Source: Eledone cirrhosa
Lineage: Eukaryota
NCBI GenBank assembly: GCA_964016885.1
Contig: OZ024744.1
Span: forward strand, 128,030,001 to 128,094,000
Direction of reading: 5' to 3'
DNA length: 64,000 nucleotides
Shown: positions 12,596 through 23,999 of the stretch, in pieces
Layout of the letters: each line of letters opens with the position of its first letter
Numbering within the stretch: position 1 is the first letter of the stretch
Program-made: the position numbers and the translations under genes
Notes under the pieces: generated by a model
Told to the model about the DNA's origin: nothing
Database searches by the model: none
What the model saw: the letters and a program-made list of their open reading frames with translations, nothing else

Positions 12596-15500
12596 TTCAG
12601 TTCAGTTGGGGTTAAGTTAAGTTGGGGTTAAGTTAAGCTGGGGTTAAGTTAAGTTGGGGTTAATTTAAGTTGGGGTTAAGTTAAGTTGGGGTTGAGTTAA
12701 GTTGGGGTTGAGTTAAGCTGGGGTTAATTTAAGTTGGGGTTAAGTTAAGTTGGGGTTAAATTAAGTTGGGGTTAAGTTAAGTTGGGGGTAAGTTAAGTTG
12801 GGGGCAAGTTAAGTTGGGGTTAAGTTAAGTTGGGGTTAAGTTAAGTTGGGGTTAAGTTAAGTTAGGGTTAATTTCAGTTGGGGTTAAGTTAAGTTGGGGT
12901 TAAGTTAAGTTAGGGTTAATTTAAGTTGGGGTTATGTTAAGTTGGGGTTAAGTTAAGTTGGGGTTAAGTTAAGTTGGTGTTAAGTAAAGTTGGGGTTAAG
13001 TTAAGTTGTGGGTTAAGTTAAGTTGGGGTTAAGTTAAGTTGGGGTTAAGTTAAGTTGGTGTTAAGTAAAGTTGGGCTTAAGTTAAGTTGGGTTTGAGTTA
13101 AGTTGGGGCTAAGTTAAGTTAGGGCTAAGTTAAGTTGGGGTTAAGTTAAGTTGGGGCTAGGTTAAGTTGGGTCTAAGTTAAGTTGGGGTTAAGTTAAGTT
13201 GGGGTTAAGTTCAGTTGGGGTTAAATTAAGTTGGGGTTAAGTTAAGTTGGCGTTAAGCTAAGTTGGGGTTAAGTTAATTTGCGGTTAAGTTAGGTTGTGG
13301 GTTAAGTTAAGTTGGGGGTAAGTTAAGTTGGGGGTAAGTTAAGTTGGGGTTAATTTAAGTTGGGGTTAAGTTAAGTTGGGGTTAAGTTAAGTTGGGGTTA
13401 AGTTAAGTTGGGGTTAAGTTAAGTTGGCGTTAATTTAACTTGGGGTAAAGTTAAGTTGGGGTTAAGTTAAGTTGGGGTTAAGTTAAGTTGGGGTTAAGTT
13501 AAGTTGGGGTTAAGTCAAGTTGGGGTTAAGTCAAGTTGGGGTTAAGTCAAGTTGGGGTTAAGTTAAGTTGGGGTTAAGTTAAGTTGGGGGTAAGTTAAGT
13601 TGGGTATAAGTTAAGTTGGGGTTAAGTTAAAATGTGGTTAAGTTCAGTTGGGGTTAAGTTAAGTTGGGGTTAAGTTAAGTTGGGGGTAAGTTAAGTTGGG
13701 GGCAAGTTAAGTTGGGGTTAAGTTAAGTTGGGGTTAAGTTAAGTTGGGGTTAAGTTAAGTTGGGGTTAAGTTAAGTTAGGGTTAATTTCAGTTGGGGTTA
13801 TGTTAAGTTGGGGTTAAGTTAAGTTGGGGTTAAGTTAAAGTTGGGGTTAAGTTAAGTTGGGGTAAAGTTAAGTTAGGGTTAAGTTGAGTTGGGGTTAAGT
13901 TAAGTTGGGGTTAAATTAAGTTGGGGTTAAGTTAAGTTGGGGTTAAGGTAAGTTGGGGTTAAATTAAGTTGGGGTTCAGTTAAGTTGGGGTTAAATTAAG
14001 TTGGGGTTAAGTTAAGTTGGGGTTAGTTAAGTTGGGGTTAAGTTAAGTTGGGGTTAAGTTAAGTTGGGGTTAAGTTAAGTTGGCGTTAAGTTAAGTTGGG
14101 GTTAAGTTAAGTTGGGGTTAAATTAAGTTGGGGTTAAGTTAAGTTGGGGTTAATTTAAGTTGGGGTTAAGTTAAGTTGGGGTTAAGTTAAGTTGGAGTTA
14201 AGTCAAGTTGGGGTTAAGTCAAGTTGCGGTTAAGTCAAGTTGGGGTTAAGTCAAGTTGGGGTTAAGTTAAGTTGGGGTTAAGTTAAGTTGGGGTTAACTT
14301 AAGTTGGGGTTAATTTGGGGTTAAGTTAAGTTGGGGTTAAATTAAGTTGGGGGTTAGTTAAGTTGGGGCAAGTTAAGTTGGGGTTAATTTAAGTTGGGGT
14401 TAAGTTAAGTTGGGGTTATGTTAAGTTGGGGTTAAGTTAAGTTGGGGTTAAGTTAAGTTGGGGGTAAGTTAAGTTGGGGTTAAGTTAAGTTGGGGGTAAG
14501 TTAAGTTGAGGGTAAGTTAAGTTGGGGTTAAGTTAAGTTGGGGTTAAATTAAGTTGAGGTTAAGTTAAGTTGGGGTTAAGTTAAGTTGGGGGTAAGATAA
14601 GTTGGGGGTAAGATAAGTTGGGGCTAAGTTAAGTTGGGGCTAAGTCAAGTTGGGGTTAATTCAAGTTGAGGTTAACTTAAGTTGGGGTTAAGTTAAGTTG
14701 GGGTTCAGTTCAGTTGGGGTTAAGTTAAGTTGGGGTTAAGTTAAGCTGGGGTTAAGTTAAGTTGGGGTTAATTTAAGTTGGGGTTAAGTTAAGTTGGGGT
14801 TGAGTTAAGTTGGGGTTGAGTTAAGCTGGGGTTAATTTAAGTTGGGGTTAAGTTAAGTTGGGGTTAAATTAAGTTGGGGTTAAGTTAAGTTGGGGGTAAG
14901 TTAAGTTGGGGGCAAGTTAAGTTGGGGTTAAGTTAAGTTGGGGTTAAGTTAAGTTGGGGTTAAGTTAAGTTAGGGTTAATTTCAGTTGGGGTTAAGTTAA
15001 GTTGGGGTTAAGTTAAGTTAGGGTTAATTTAAGTTGGGGTTATGTTAAGTTGGGGTTAAGTTAAGTTGGGGTTAAGTTAAGTTGGTGTTAAGTAAAGTTG
15101 GGGTTAAGTTAAGTTGTGGGTTAAGTTAAGTTGGGGTTAAGTTAAGTTGGGGTTAAGTTAAGTTGGTGTTAAGTAAAGTTGGGCTTAAGTTAAGTTGGGT
15201 TTGAGTTAAGTTGGGGCTAAGTTAAGTTAGGGCTAAGTTAAGTTGGGGTTAAGTTAAGTTGGGGCTAGGTTAAGTTGGGTCTAAGTTAAGTTGGGGTTAA
15301 GTTAAGTTGGGGTTAAGTTCAGTTGGGGTTAAATTAAGTTGGGGTTAAGTTAAGTTGGCGTTAAGCTAAGTTGGGGTTAAGTTAATTTGCGGTTAAGTTA
15401 GGTTGTGGGTTAAGTTAAGTTGGGGGTAAGTTAAGTTGGGGGTAAGTTAAGTTGGGGTTAATTTAAGTTGGGGTTAAGTTAAGTTGGGGTTAAGTTAAGT

Positions 15501-16811
15501 TGGGGTTAAGTTAAGTTGGGGTTAAGTTAAGTTGGCGTTAATTTAACTTGGGGTAAAGTTAAGTTGGGGTTAAGTTAAGTTGGGGTTAAGTTAAGTTGGG
15601 GTTAAGTTAAGTTGGGGTTAAGTCAAGTTGGGGTTAAGTCAAGTTGGGGTTAAGTCAAGTTGGGGTTAAGTTAAGTTGGGGTTAAGTTAAGTTGGGGGTA
15701 AGTTAAGTTGGGTATAAGTTAAGTTGGGGTTAAGTTAAAATGTGGTTAAGTTCAGTTGGGGTTAAGTTAAGTTGGGGTTAAGTTAAGTTGGGGGTAAGTT
15801 AAGTTGGGGGCAAGTTAAGTTGGGGTTAAGTTAAGTTGGGGTTAAGTTAAGTTGGGGTTAAGTTAAGTTGGGGTTAAGTTAAGTTAGGGTTAATTTCAGT
15901 TGGGGTTATGTTAAGTTGGGGTTAAGTTAAGTTGGGGTTAAGTTAAAGTTGGGGTTAAGTTAAGTTGGGGTAAAGTTAAGTTAGGGTTAAGTTGAGTTGG
16001 GGTTAAGTTAAGTTGGGGTTAAATTAAGTTGGGGTTAAGTTAAGTTGGGGTTAAGGTAAGTTGGGGTTAAATTAAGTTGGGGTTCAGTTAAGTTGGGGTT
16101 AAATTAAGTTGGGGTTAAGTTAAGTTGGGGTTAGTTAAGTTGGGGTTAAGTTAAGTTGGGGTTAAGTTAAGTTGGGGTTAAGTTAAGTTGGCGTTAAGTT
16201 AAGTTGGGGTTAAGTTAAGTTGGGGTTAAATTAAGTTGGGGTTAAGTTAAGTTGGGGTTAATTTAAGTTGGGGTTAAGTTAAGTTGGGGTTAAGTTAAGT
16301 TGGAGTTAAGTCAAGTTGGGGTTAAGTCAAGTTGCGGTTAAGTCAAGTTGGGGTTAAGTCAAGTTGGGGTTAAGTTAAGTTGGGGTTAAGTTAAGTTGGG
16401 GTTAACTTAAGTTGGGGTTAATTTGGGGTTAAGTTAAGTTGGGGTTAAATTAAGTTGGGGGTTAGTTAAGTTGGGGCAAGTTAAGTTGGGGTTAATTTAA
16501 GTTGGGGTTAAGTTAAGTTGGGGTTATGTTAAGTTGGGGTTAAGTTAAGTTGGGGTTAAGTTAAGTTGGGGGTAAGTTAAGTTGGGGTTAAGTTAAGTTG
16601 GGGGTAAGTTAAGTTGAGGGTAAGTTAAGTTGGGGTTAAGTTAAGTTGGGGTTAAATTAAGTTGAGGTTAAGTTAAGTTGGGGTTAAGTTAAGTTGGGGG
16701 TAAGATAAGTTGGGGGTAAGATAAGTTGGGGCTAAGTTAAGTTGGGGCTAAGTCAAGTTGGGGTTAATTCAAGTTGAGGTTAACTTAAGTTGGGGTTAAG
16801 TTAAGTTGGGG
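12596..16811 (+). repeat. 2108-bp tandem duplication (copies 1 and 2)
   Basis: TTCAGTTCAG at 12596/14704 and AAAATGTGG at 13629/15737, both offsets 2108. No differences between the copies were noticed by eye. Confidence 0.92.
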
Positions 16812-19611
16812 TTAATTTAAGTTGGGGTTAAGTTAAGTTGGGGTTAAGTTAAGTTGGGGTTAAGTTAAGTTGGGGTTGAGTTAATTTGGGGTTAAGTTAA
16901 GTTGGGGTTAAGTTAAGTTGGGATTAAGTTAAGTTGGGGTTAAGTTAAGTTCGGGTTGAGTTAAGTTGGGGTTAAGTTAAGTTGGGGTTAATTTAAGTTG
17001 GGGTTAAGTTAAGTTGGGGTTAAGATAAGTTGGGGTTAAGTTAAGTTGGGGTTAAGTTAAGTTGGGGTTGAGTTAATTTGGGTTTAAGTTAAGTTGGGGT
17101 TAACTTAAGTTGGGGTTAAGTTAAGTTGGGGTTAAGTTAAGTTGGGGGTAAGTTAAGTTGGGGGCAAGTTGAGTTGGGGTTAAGTTAAGTTGGGGTTAAG
17201 TTAAGGTGGGGGTAAGTTAAGTTGGGGGTAAGTTAAGTTGGGGTTAAGTTAAGTTGGGGTTAAGTTAAGTTGGGTTTAAGTTAAGTTGGGGCTAAGTCTA
17301 GTTGGGGCTAAGTTAAGTTGGGGCTGAGTTAAGTTGGGGTTAAGTTAAGTTGGGGTTGAGTTAAGTTGGGGTTAACTTAAGTTGGGGTTAAGTTGGGGTT
17401 AAGTTAAGTTGGGGTTAAATTAAGTTGGGGGTTAGTTAAGTTGCGGCAAGTTAAGTTGGGGTTAATTTAAGTTGGGGTTAAGTTAAGTTGGGGTTATGTT
17501 AAGTTGGGGTTAAGTTAAGTTGGGGTTAAGTTAAGTTGGGGGTAAGTTAATTTGGGGCTGAGTTAAGATAGGGTTAAGTTAAGTTCGGGTTGAGTTAAGT
17601 TGGGGTTAAGTTAAGTTGGGGTTAAGTTAAGTTGGGATTAAGTTAAGTTGGGGTTAAGATAAGTTGGGGTTAAGTTAAGTTGGGGTTAATTTAAGTTGGG
17701 GTTGAGTTAAGTTCGGGTTAAGTTAAGTTCGGGTTGAGTTAAGTTGGGGTTAAGTTAAGTTGGGGTTAAGTTAAGTTGGGGTTATGTTAAGTTGGGGTTA
17801 ATTTAAGTTGGGGTTAAGTTAAGTTGGGGGTAACTTAAGTTGAGGGTAAGTTAAGTTGAGGGTAAGTTAAGTTGAGGGTAAGTTAAGTTGAGGTTAAGTT
17901 AAGTTGGGGTTAAGTTAAGTTGGGGGTAAGTTAAGTTGGGGGTAAGTTAAGTTGGGGTTAAGTTAAGTTGGGGTTAAATTAAGTTGAGGTTAAGTTAATT
18001 TGGGGTTAAGTTAAGTTGGGGTTAAGTTAAGTTGGGGGTAAGATAAGTTGGGGCTAAGTTAAGTTGGGGCTAAGTCAAGTTGGGGTTAAGTCAAGTTGAG
18101 GTTAACTTAAGTTGGGGTTAAGTTAAGTTGGGGTTAAGTTAAGTTGGGGTTAAGGTAAGTTGGGGTTAAGTTAAGTTGGGGCTAAGTTAAGTTGGGGCTA
18201 AGTTAAGTTGGGGCTGAGTTAAGTTGGGGTTAAGTTGCGGTTGAGTTAAGTTGGGGTTAAGTTAAGTTGGGATTAAGTTAAGTTGGGGTTAAGTTAAGTT
18301 CGGGTTGAGTTAAGTTGGGGTTAAGTTAAGTTGGGGTTAATTTAAGTTGGGGTTAAGTTAAGTTGGGGTTAAGATAAGTTGGGGTTAAGTTAAGTTGGGG
18401 TTAAGTTAAGTTGGGGTTGAGTTAATTTGGGGTTAAGTTAAGTTGGGGTTAACTTAAGTTGGGGTTAAGTTAAGTTGGGGTTAAGTTAAGTTGGGGGTAA
18501 GTTAAGTTGGGGGCAAGCTAAGTTGGGGTTCAGTTAAGTTGGGGTTAAGTTAATTTGGGGCTGAGTTAAGTTGGGGTTAAGTTAAGTTCGGGTTGAGTTA
18601 AGTTGGGGTTAAGTTAAGTTGGGGTTAAGTTAAGTTGGGGTTAAGTTAAGTTGGGGTTAAGATAAGTTGGGGTTAAGTTAAGTTGGGGTTAATTTAAGTT
18701 GGGGTTGAGTTAACTTGGGTTTAAGTTAAGTTGGGCTTAACTTAAGTTGGGGTTAAGTTAAGTTGGGGTTAAGTTAAGTTGGGGGTAAGTTAAGTTGGGG
18801 GCAAGTTAAGTTGGGGTTAATTTAAGTTGAGGTTAAGTTAAGTTGGGGTTAAGTTAAGTTGGGGGTAAGTTAAGTTGGGGGTAAGTTAAGTTGGGGTTAA
18901 GTTAAGTTGGGGTTAAATTAAGTTGAGGTTAAGTTAATTTGGGGTTAAGTTAAGTTGGGGTTAAGTTAAGTTGGGGGTAAGATAAGTTGGGGCTAAGTTA
19001 AGTTGGGGCTAAGTCAAGTTGGGGTTGAGTCAAGTTGGGGTTAAGTCAAGTTGAGGTTAACTTAAGTTGGGGTTAAGTTAAGTTGGGGTTAAGTTAAGTT
19101 GGGGTTAAGGTAAGTTGGGGTTAAGTTAAGTTGGGGCTAAGTTAAGTTGGGGCTAATTTAAGTTGGGGCTGAGTTAAGTTGGGGTTAAGTTGGGGTTGAG
19201 TTAAGTTGGGGTTAAGTTAAGTTGGGATTAAGTTAAGTTGGGGTTAAGTTAAGTTCGGGTTGAGTTAAGTTGGGGTTAAGTTAAGTTGGGGTTAATTTAA
19301 GTTGGGGTTAAGTTAAGTTGGGGTTAAGATAAGTTGGGGTTAAGTTAAGTTGGGGTTAAGTTAAGTTGGGGTTGAGTTAATTTGGGGTTAAGTTAAGTTG
19401 GGGTTAACTTAAGTTGGGGTTAAGTTAAGTTGGGGTTAAGTTAAGTTGGGGGTAAGTTAAGTCGGGGTTAAGTTAAGTTGGGGTTAAGTTAAGTTGGGTT
19501 TAAGTTAAGTTGGGGCTAAGTTAAGTTGGGGCTAAGTTAAGTTGGGGCTGAGTTAAGTTGGGGGTAACTTAAGTTGGGTATAAGTTAAGTTGGGGTTAAG
19601 TTAAGTTGGGG

Positions 19612-22600
19612 TTCAGTTCAGTTGGGGTTAAGTTAAGTTGGGGTTAAGTTAAGCTGGGGTTAAGTTAAGTTGGGGTTAATTTAAGTTGGGGTTAAGTTAA
19701 GTTGGGGTTGAGTTAAGTTGGGGTTGAGTTAAGCTGGGGTTAATTTAAGTTGGGGTTAAGTTAAGTTGGGGTTAAATTAAGTTGGGGTTAAGTTAAGTTG
19801 GGGGTAAGTTAAGTTGGGGGCAAGTTAAGTTGGGGTTAAGTTAAGTTGGGGTTAAGTTAAGTTGGGGTTAAGTTAAGTTAGGGTTAATTTCAGTTGGGGT
19901 TAAGTTAAGTTGGGGTTAAGTTAAGTTAGGGTTAATTTAAGTTGGGGTTATGTTAAGTTGGGGTTAAGTTAAGTTGGGGTTAAGTTAAGTTGGTGTTAAG
20001 TAAAGTTGGGGTTAAGTTAAGTTGTGGGTTAAGTTAAGTTGGGGTTAAGTTAAGTTGGGGTTAAGTTAAGTTGGTGTTAAGTAAAGTTGGGCTTAAGTTA
20101 AGTTGGGTTTGAGTTAAGTTGGGGCTAAGTTAAGTTAGGGCTAAGTTAAGTTGGGGTTAAGTTAAGTTGGGGCTAGGTTAAGTTGGGTCTAAGTTAAGTT
20201 GGGGTTAAGTTAAGTTGGGGTTAAGTTCAGTTGGGGTTAAATTAAGTTGGGGTTAAGTTAAGTTGGCGTTAAGCTAAGTTGGGGTTAAGTTAATTTGCGG
20301 TTAAGTTAGGTTGTGGGTTAAGTTAAGTTGGGGGTAAGTTAAGTTGGGGGTAAGTTAAGTTGGGGTTAATTTAAGTTGGGGTTAAGTTAAGTTGGGGTTA
20401 AGTTAAGTTGGGGTTAAGTTAAGTTGGGGTTAAGTTAAGTTGGCGTTAATTTAACTTGGGGTAAAGTTAAGTTGGGGTTAAGTTAAGTTGGGGTTAAGTT
20501 AAGTTGGGGTTAAGTTAAGTTGGGGTTAAGTCAAGTTGGGGTTAAGTCAAGTTGGGGTTAAGTCAAGTTGGGGTTAAGTTAAGTTGGGGTTAAGTTAAGT
20601 TGGGGGTAAGTTAAGTTGGGTATAAGTTAAGTTGGGGTTAAGTTAAAATGTGGTTAAGTTCAGTTGGGGTTAAGTTAAGTTGGGGTTAAGTTAAGTTGGG
20701 GGTAAGTTAAGTTGGGGGCAAGTTAAGTTGGGGTTAAGTTAAGTTGGGGTTAAGTTAAGTTGGGGTTAAGTTAAGTTGGGGTTAAGTTAAGTTAGGGTTA
20801 ATTTCAGTTGGGGTTATGTTAAGTTGGGGTTAAGTTAAGTTGGGGTTAAGTTAAAGTTGGGGTTAAGTTAAGTTGGGGTAAAGTTAAGTTAGGGTTAAGT
20901 TGAGTTGGGGTTAAGTTAAGTTGGGGTTAAATTAAGTTGGGGTTAAGTTAAGTTGGGGTTAAGGTAAGTTGGGGTTAAATTAAGTTGGGGTTCAGTTAAG
21001 TTGGGGTTAAATTAAGTTGGGGTTAAGTTAAGTTGGGGTTAGTTAAGTTGGGGTTAAGTTAAGTTGGGGTTAAGTTAAGTTGGGGTTAAGTTAAGTTGGC
21101 GTTAAGTTAAGTTGGGGTTAAGTTAAGTTGGGGTTAAATTAAGTTGGGGTTAAGTTAAGTTGGGGTTAATTTAAGTTGGGGTTAAGTTAAGTTGGGGTTA
21201 AGTTAAGTTGGAGTTAAGTCAAGTTGGGGTTAAGTCAAGTTGCGGTTAAGTCAAGTTGGGGTTAAGTCAAGTTGGGGTTAAGTTAAGTTGGGGTTAAGTT
21301 AAGTTGGGGTTAACTTAAGTTGGGGTTAATTTGGGGTTAAGTTAAGTTGGGGTTAAATTAAGTTGGGGGTTAGTTAAGTTGGGGCAAGTTAAGTTGGGGT
21401 TAATTTAAGTTGGGGTTAAGTTAAGTTGGGGTTATGTTAAGTTGGGGTTAAGTTAAGTTGGGGTTAAGTTAAGTTGGGGGTAAGTTAAGTTGGGGTTAAG
21501 TTAAGTTGGGGGTAAGTTAAGTTGAGGGTAAGTTAAGTTGGGGTTAAGTTAAGTTGGGGTTAAATTAAGTTGAGGTTAAGTTAAGTTGGGGTTAAGTTAA
21601 GTTGGGGGTAAGATAAGTTGGGGGTAAGATAAGTTGGGGCTAAGTTAAGTTGGGGCTAAGTCAAGTTGGGGTTAATTCAAGTTGAGGTTAACTTAAGTTG
21701 GGGTTAAGTTAAGTTGGGGTTCAGTTCAGTTGGGGTTAAGTTAAGTTGGGGTTAAGTTAAGCTGGGGTTAAGTTAAGTTGGGGTTAATTTAAGTTGGGGT
21801 TAAGTTAAGTTGGGGTTGAGTTAAGTTGGGGTTGAGTTAAGCTGGGGTTAATTTAAGTTGGGGTTAAGTTAAGTTGGGGTTAAATTAAGTTGGGGTTAAG
21901 TTAAGTTGGGGGTAAGTTAAGTTGGGGGCAAGTTAAGTTGGGGTTAAGTTAAGTTGGGGTTAAGTTAAGTTGGGGTTAAGTTAAGTTAGGGTTAATTTCA
22001 GTTGGGGTTAAGTTAAGTTGGGGTTAAGTTAAGTTAGGGTTAATTTAAGTTGGGGTTATGTTAAGTTGGGGTTAAGTTAAGTTGGGGTTAAGTTAAGTTG
22101 GTGTTAAGTAAAGTTGGGGTTAAGTTAAGTTGTGGGTTAAGTTAAGTTGGGGTTAAGTTAAGTTGGGGTTAAGTTAAGTTGGTGTTAAGTAAAGTTGGGC
22201 TTAAGTTAAGTTGGGTTTGAGTTAAGTTGGGGCTAAGTTAAGTTAGGGCTAAGTTAAGTTGGGGTTAAGTTAAGTTGGGGCTAGGTTAAGTTGGGTCTAA
22301 GTTAAGTTGGGGTTAAGTTAAGTTGGGGTTAAGTTCAGTTGGGGTTAAATTAAGTTGGGGTTAAGTTAAGTTGGCGTTAAGCTAAGTTGGGGTTAAGTTA
22401 ATTTGCGGTTAAGTTAGGTTGTGGGTTAAGTTAAGTTGGGGGTAAGTTAAGTTGGGGGTAAGTTAAGTTGGGGTTAATTTAAGTTGGGGTTAAGTTAAGT
22501 TGGGGTTAAGTTAAGTTGGGGTTAAGTTAAGTTGGGGTTAAGTTAAGTTGGCGTTAATTTAACTTGGGGTAAAGTTAAGTTGGGGTTAAGTTAAGTTGGG

Positions 22601-23827
22601 GTTAAGTTAAGTTGGGGTTAAGTTAAGTTGGGGTTAAGTCAAGTTGGGGTTAAGTCAAGTTGGGGTTAAGTCAAGTTGGGGTTAAGTTAAGTTGGGGTTA
22701 AGTTAAGTTGGGGGTAAGTTAAGTTGGGTATAAGTTAAGTTGGGGTTAAGTTAAAATGTGGTTAAGTTCAGTTGGGGTTAAGTTAAGTTGGGGTTAAGTT
22801 AAGTTGGGGGTAAGTTAAGTTGGGGGCAAGTTAAGTTGGGGTTAAGTTAAGTTGGGGTTAAGTTAAGTTGGGGTTAAGTTAAGTTGGGGTTAAGTTAAGT
22901 TAGGGTTAATTTCAGTTGGGGTTATGTTAAGTTGGGGTTAAGTTAAGTTGGGGTTAAGTTAAAGTTGGGGTTAAGTTAAGTTGGGGTAAAGTTAAGTTAG
23001 GGTTAAGTTGAGTTGGGGTTAAGTTAAGTTGGGGTTAAATTAAGTTGGGGTTAAGTTAAGTTGGGGTTAAGGTAAGTTGGGGTTAAATTAAGTTGGGGTT
23101 CAGTTAAGTTGGGGTTAAATTAAGTTGGGGTTAAGTTAAGTTGGGGTTAGTTAAGTTGGGGTTAAGTTAAGTTGGGGTTAAGTTAAGTTGGGGTTAAGTT
23201 AAGTTGGCGTTAAGTTAAGTTGGGGTTAAGTTAAGTTGGGGTTAAATTAAGTTGGGGTTAAGTTAAGTTGGGGTTAATTTAAGTTGGGGTTAAGTTAAGT
23301 TGGGGTTAAGTTAAGTTGGAGTTAAGTCAAGTTGGGGTTAAGTCAAGTTGCGGTTAAGTCAAGTTGGGGTTAAGTCAAGTTGGGGTTAAGTTAAGTTGGG
23401 GTTAAGTTAAGTTGGGGTTAACTTAAGTTGGGGTTAATTTGGGGTTAAGTTAAGTTGGGGTTAAATTAAGTTGGGGGTTAGTTAAGTTGGGGCAAGTTAA
23501 GTTGGGGTTAATTTAAGTTGGGGTTAAGTTAAGTTGGGGTTATGTTAAGTTGGGGTTAAGTTAAGTTGGGGTTAAGTTAAGTTGGGGGTAAGTTAAGTTG
23601 GGGTTAAGTTAAGTTGGGGGTAAGTTAAGTTGAGGGTAAGTTAAGTTGGGGTTAAGTTAAGTTGGGGTTAAATTAAGTTGAGGTTAAGTTAAGTTGGGGT
23701 TAAGTTAAGTTGGGGGTAAGATAAGTTGGGGGTAAGATAAGTTGGGGCTAAGTTAAGTTGGGGCTAAGTCAAGTTGGGGTTAATTCAAGTTGAGGTTAAC
23801 TTAAGTTGGGGTTAAGTTAAGTTGGGG
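19612..23827 (+). repeat. 2108-bp tandem duplication (copies 3 and 4)
   Basis: TTCAGTTCAG at 19612/21720 and AAAATGTGG at 20645/22753, both offsets 2108. Confidence 0.92.
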
Positions 23828-23999
23828 TTAATTTAAGTTGGGGTTAAGTTAAGTTGGGGTTAAGTTAAGTTGGGGTTAAGTTAAGTTGGGGTTGAGTTAA
23901 TTTGGGGTTAAGTTAAGTTGGGGTTAACTTAAGTTGGGGTTAAGTTGGGGTTAAATTAAGTTGGGGGTAGGTTAAGTTGGGGGCAAGTTTAGTTGGGGT

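Larger units (their letters stand above)
10850..23925 (+). repeat. Tandem pair of large higher-order units (about 6061 bp and about 7016 bp) differing by one 955-bp module
   Basis: GATAGGG at 11506/17567 (offset 6061). TTCAGTTCAG at 12596/19612 and AAAATGTGG at 13629/20645 and 15737/22753 (offset 7016). The difference of 955 equals the module spacing seen at 2449/3404. Confidence 0.85.
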
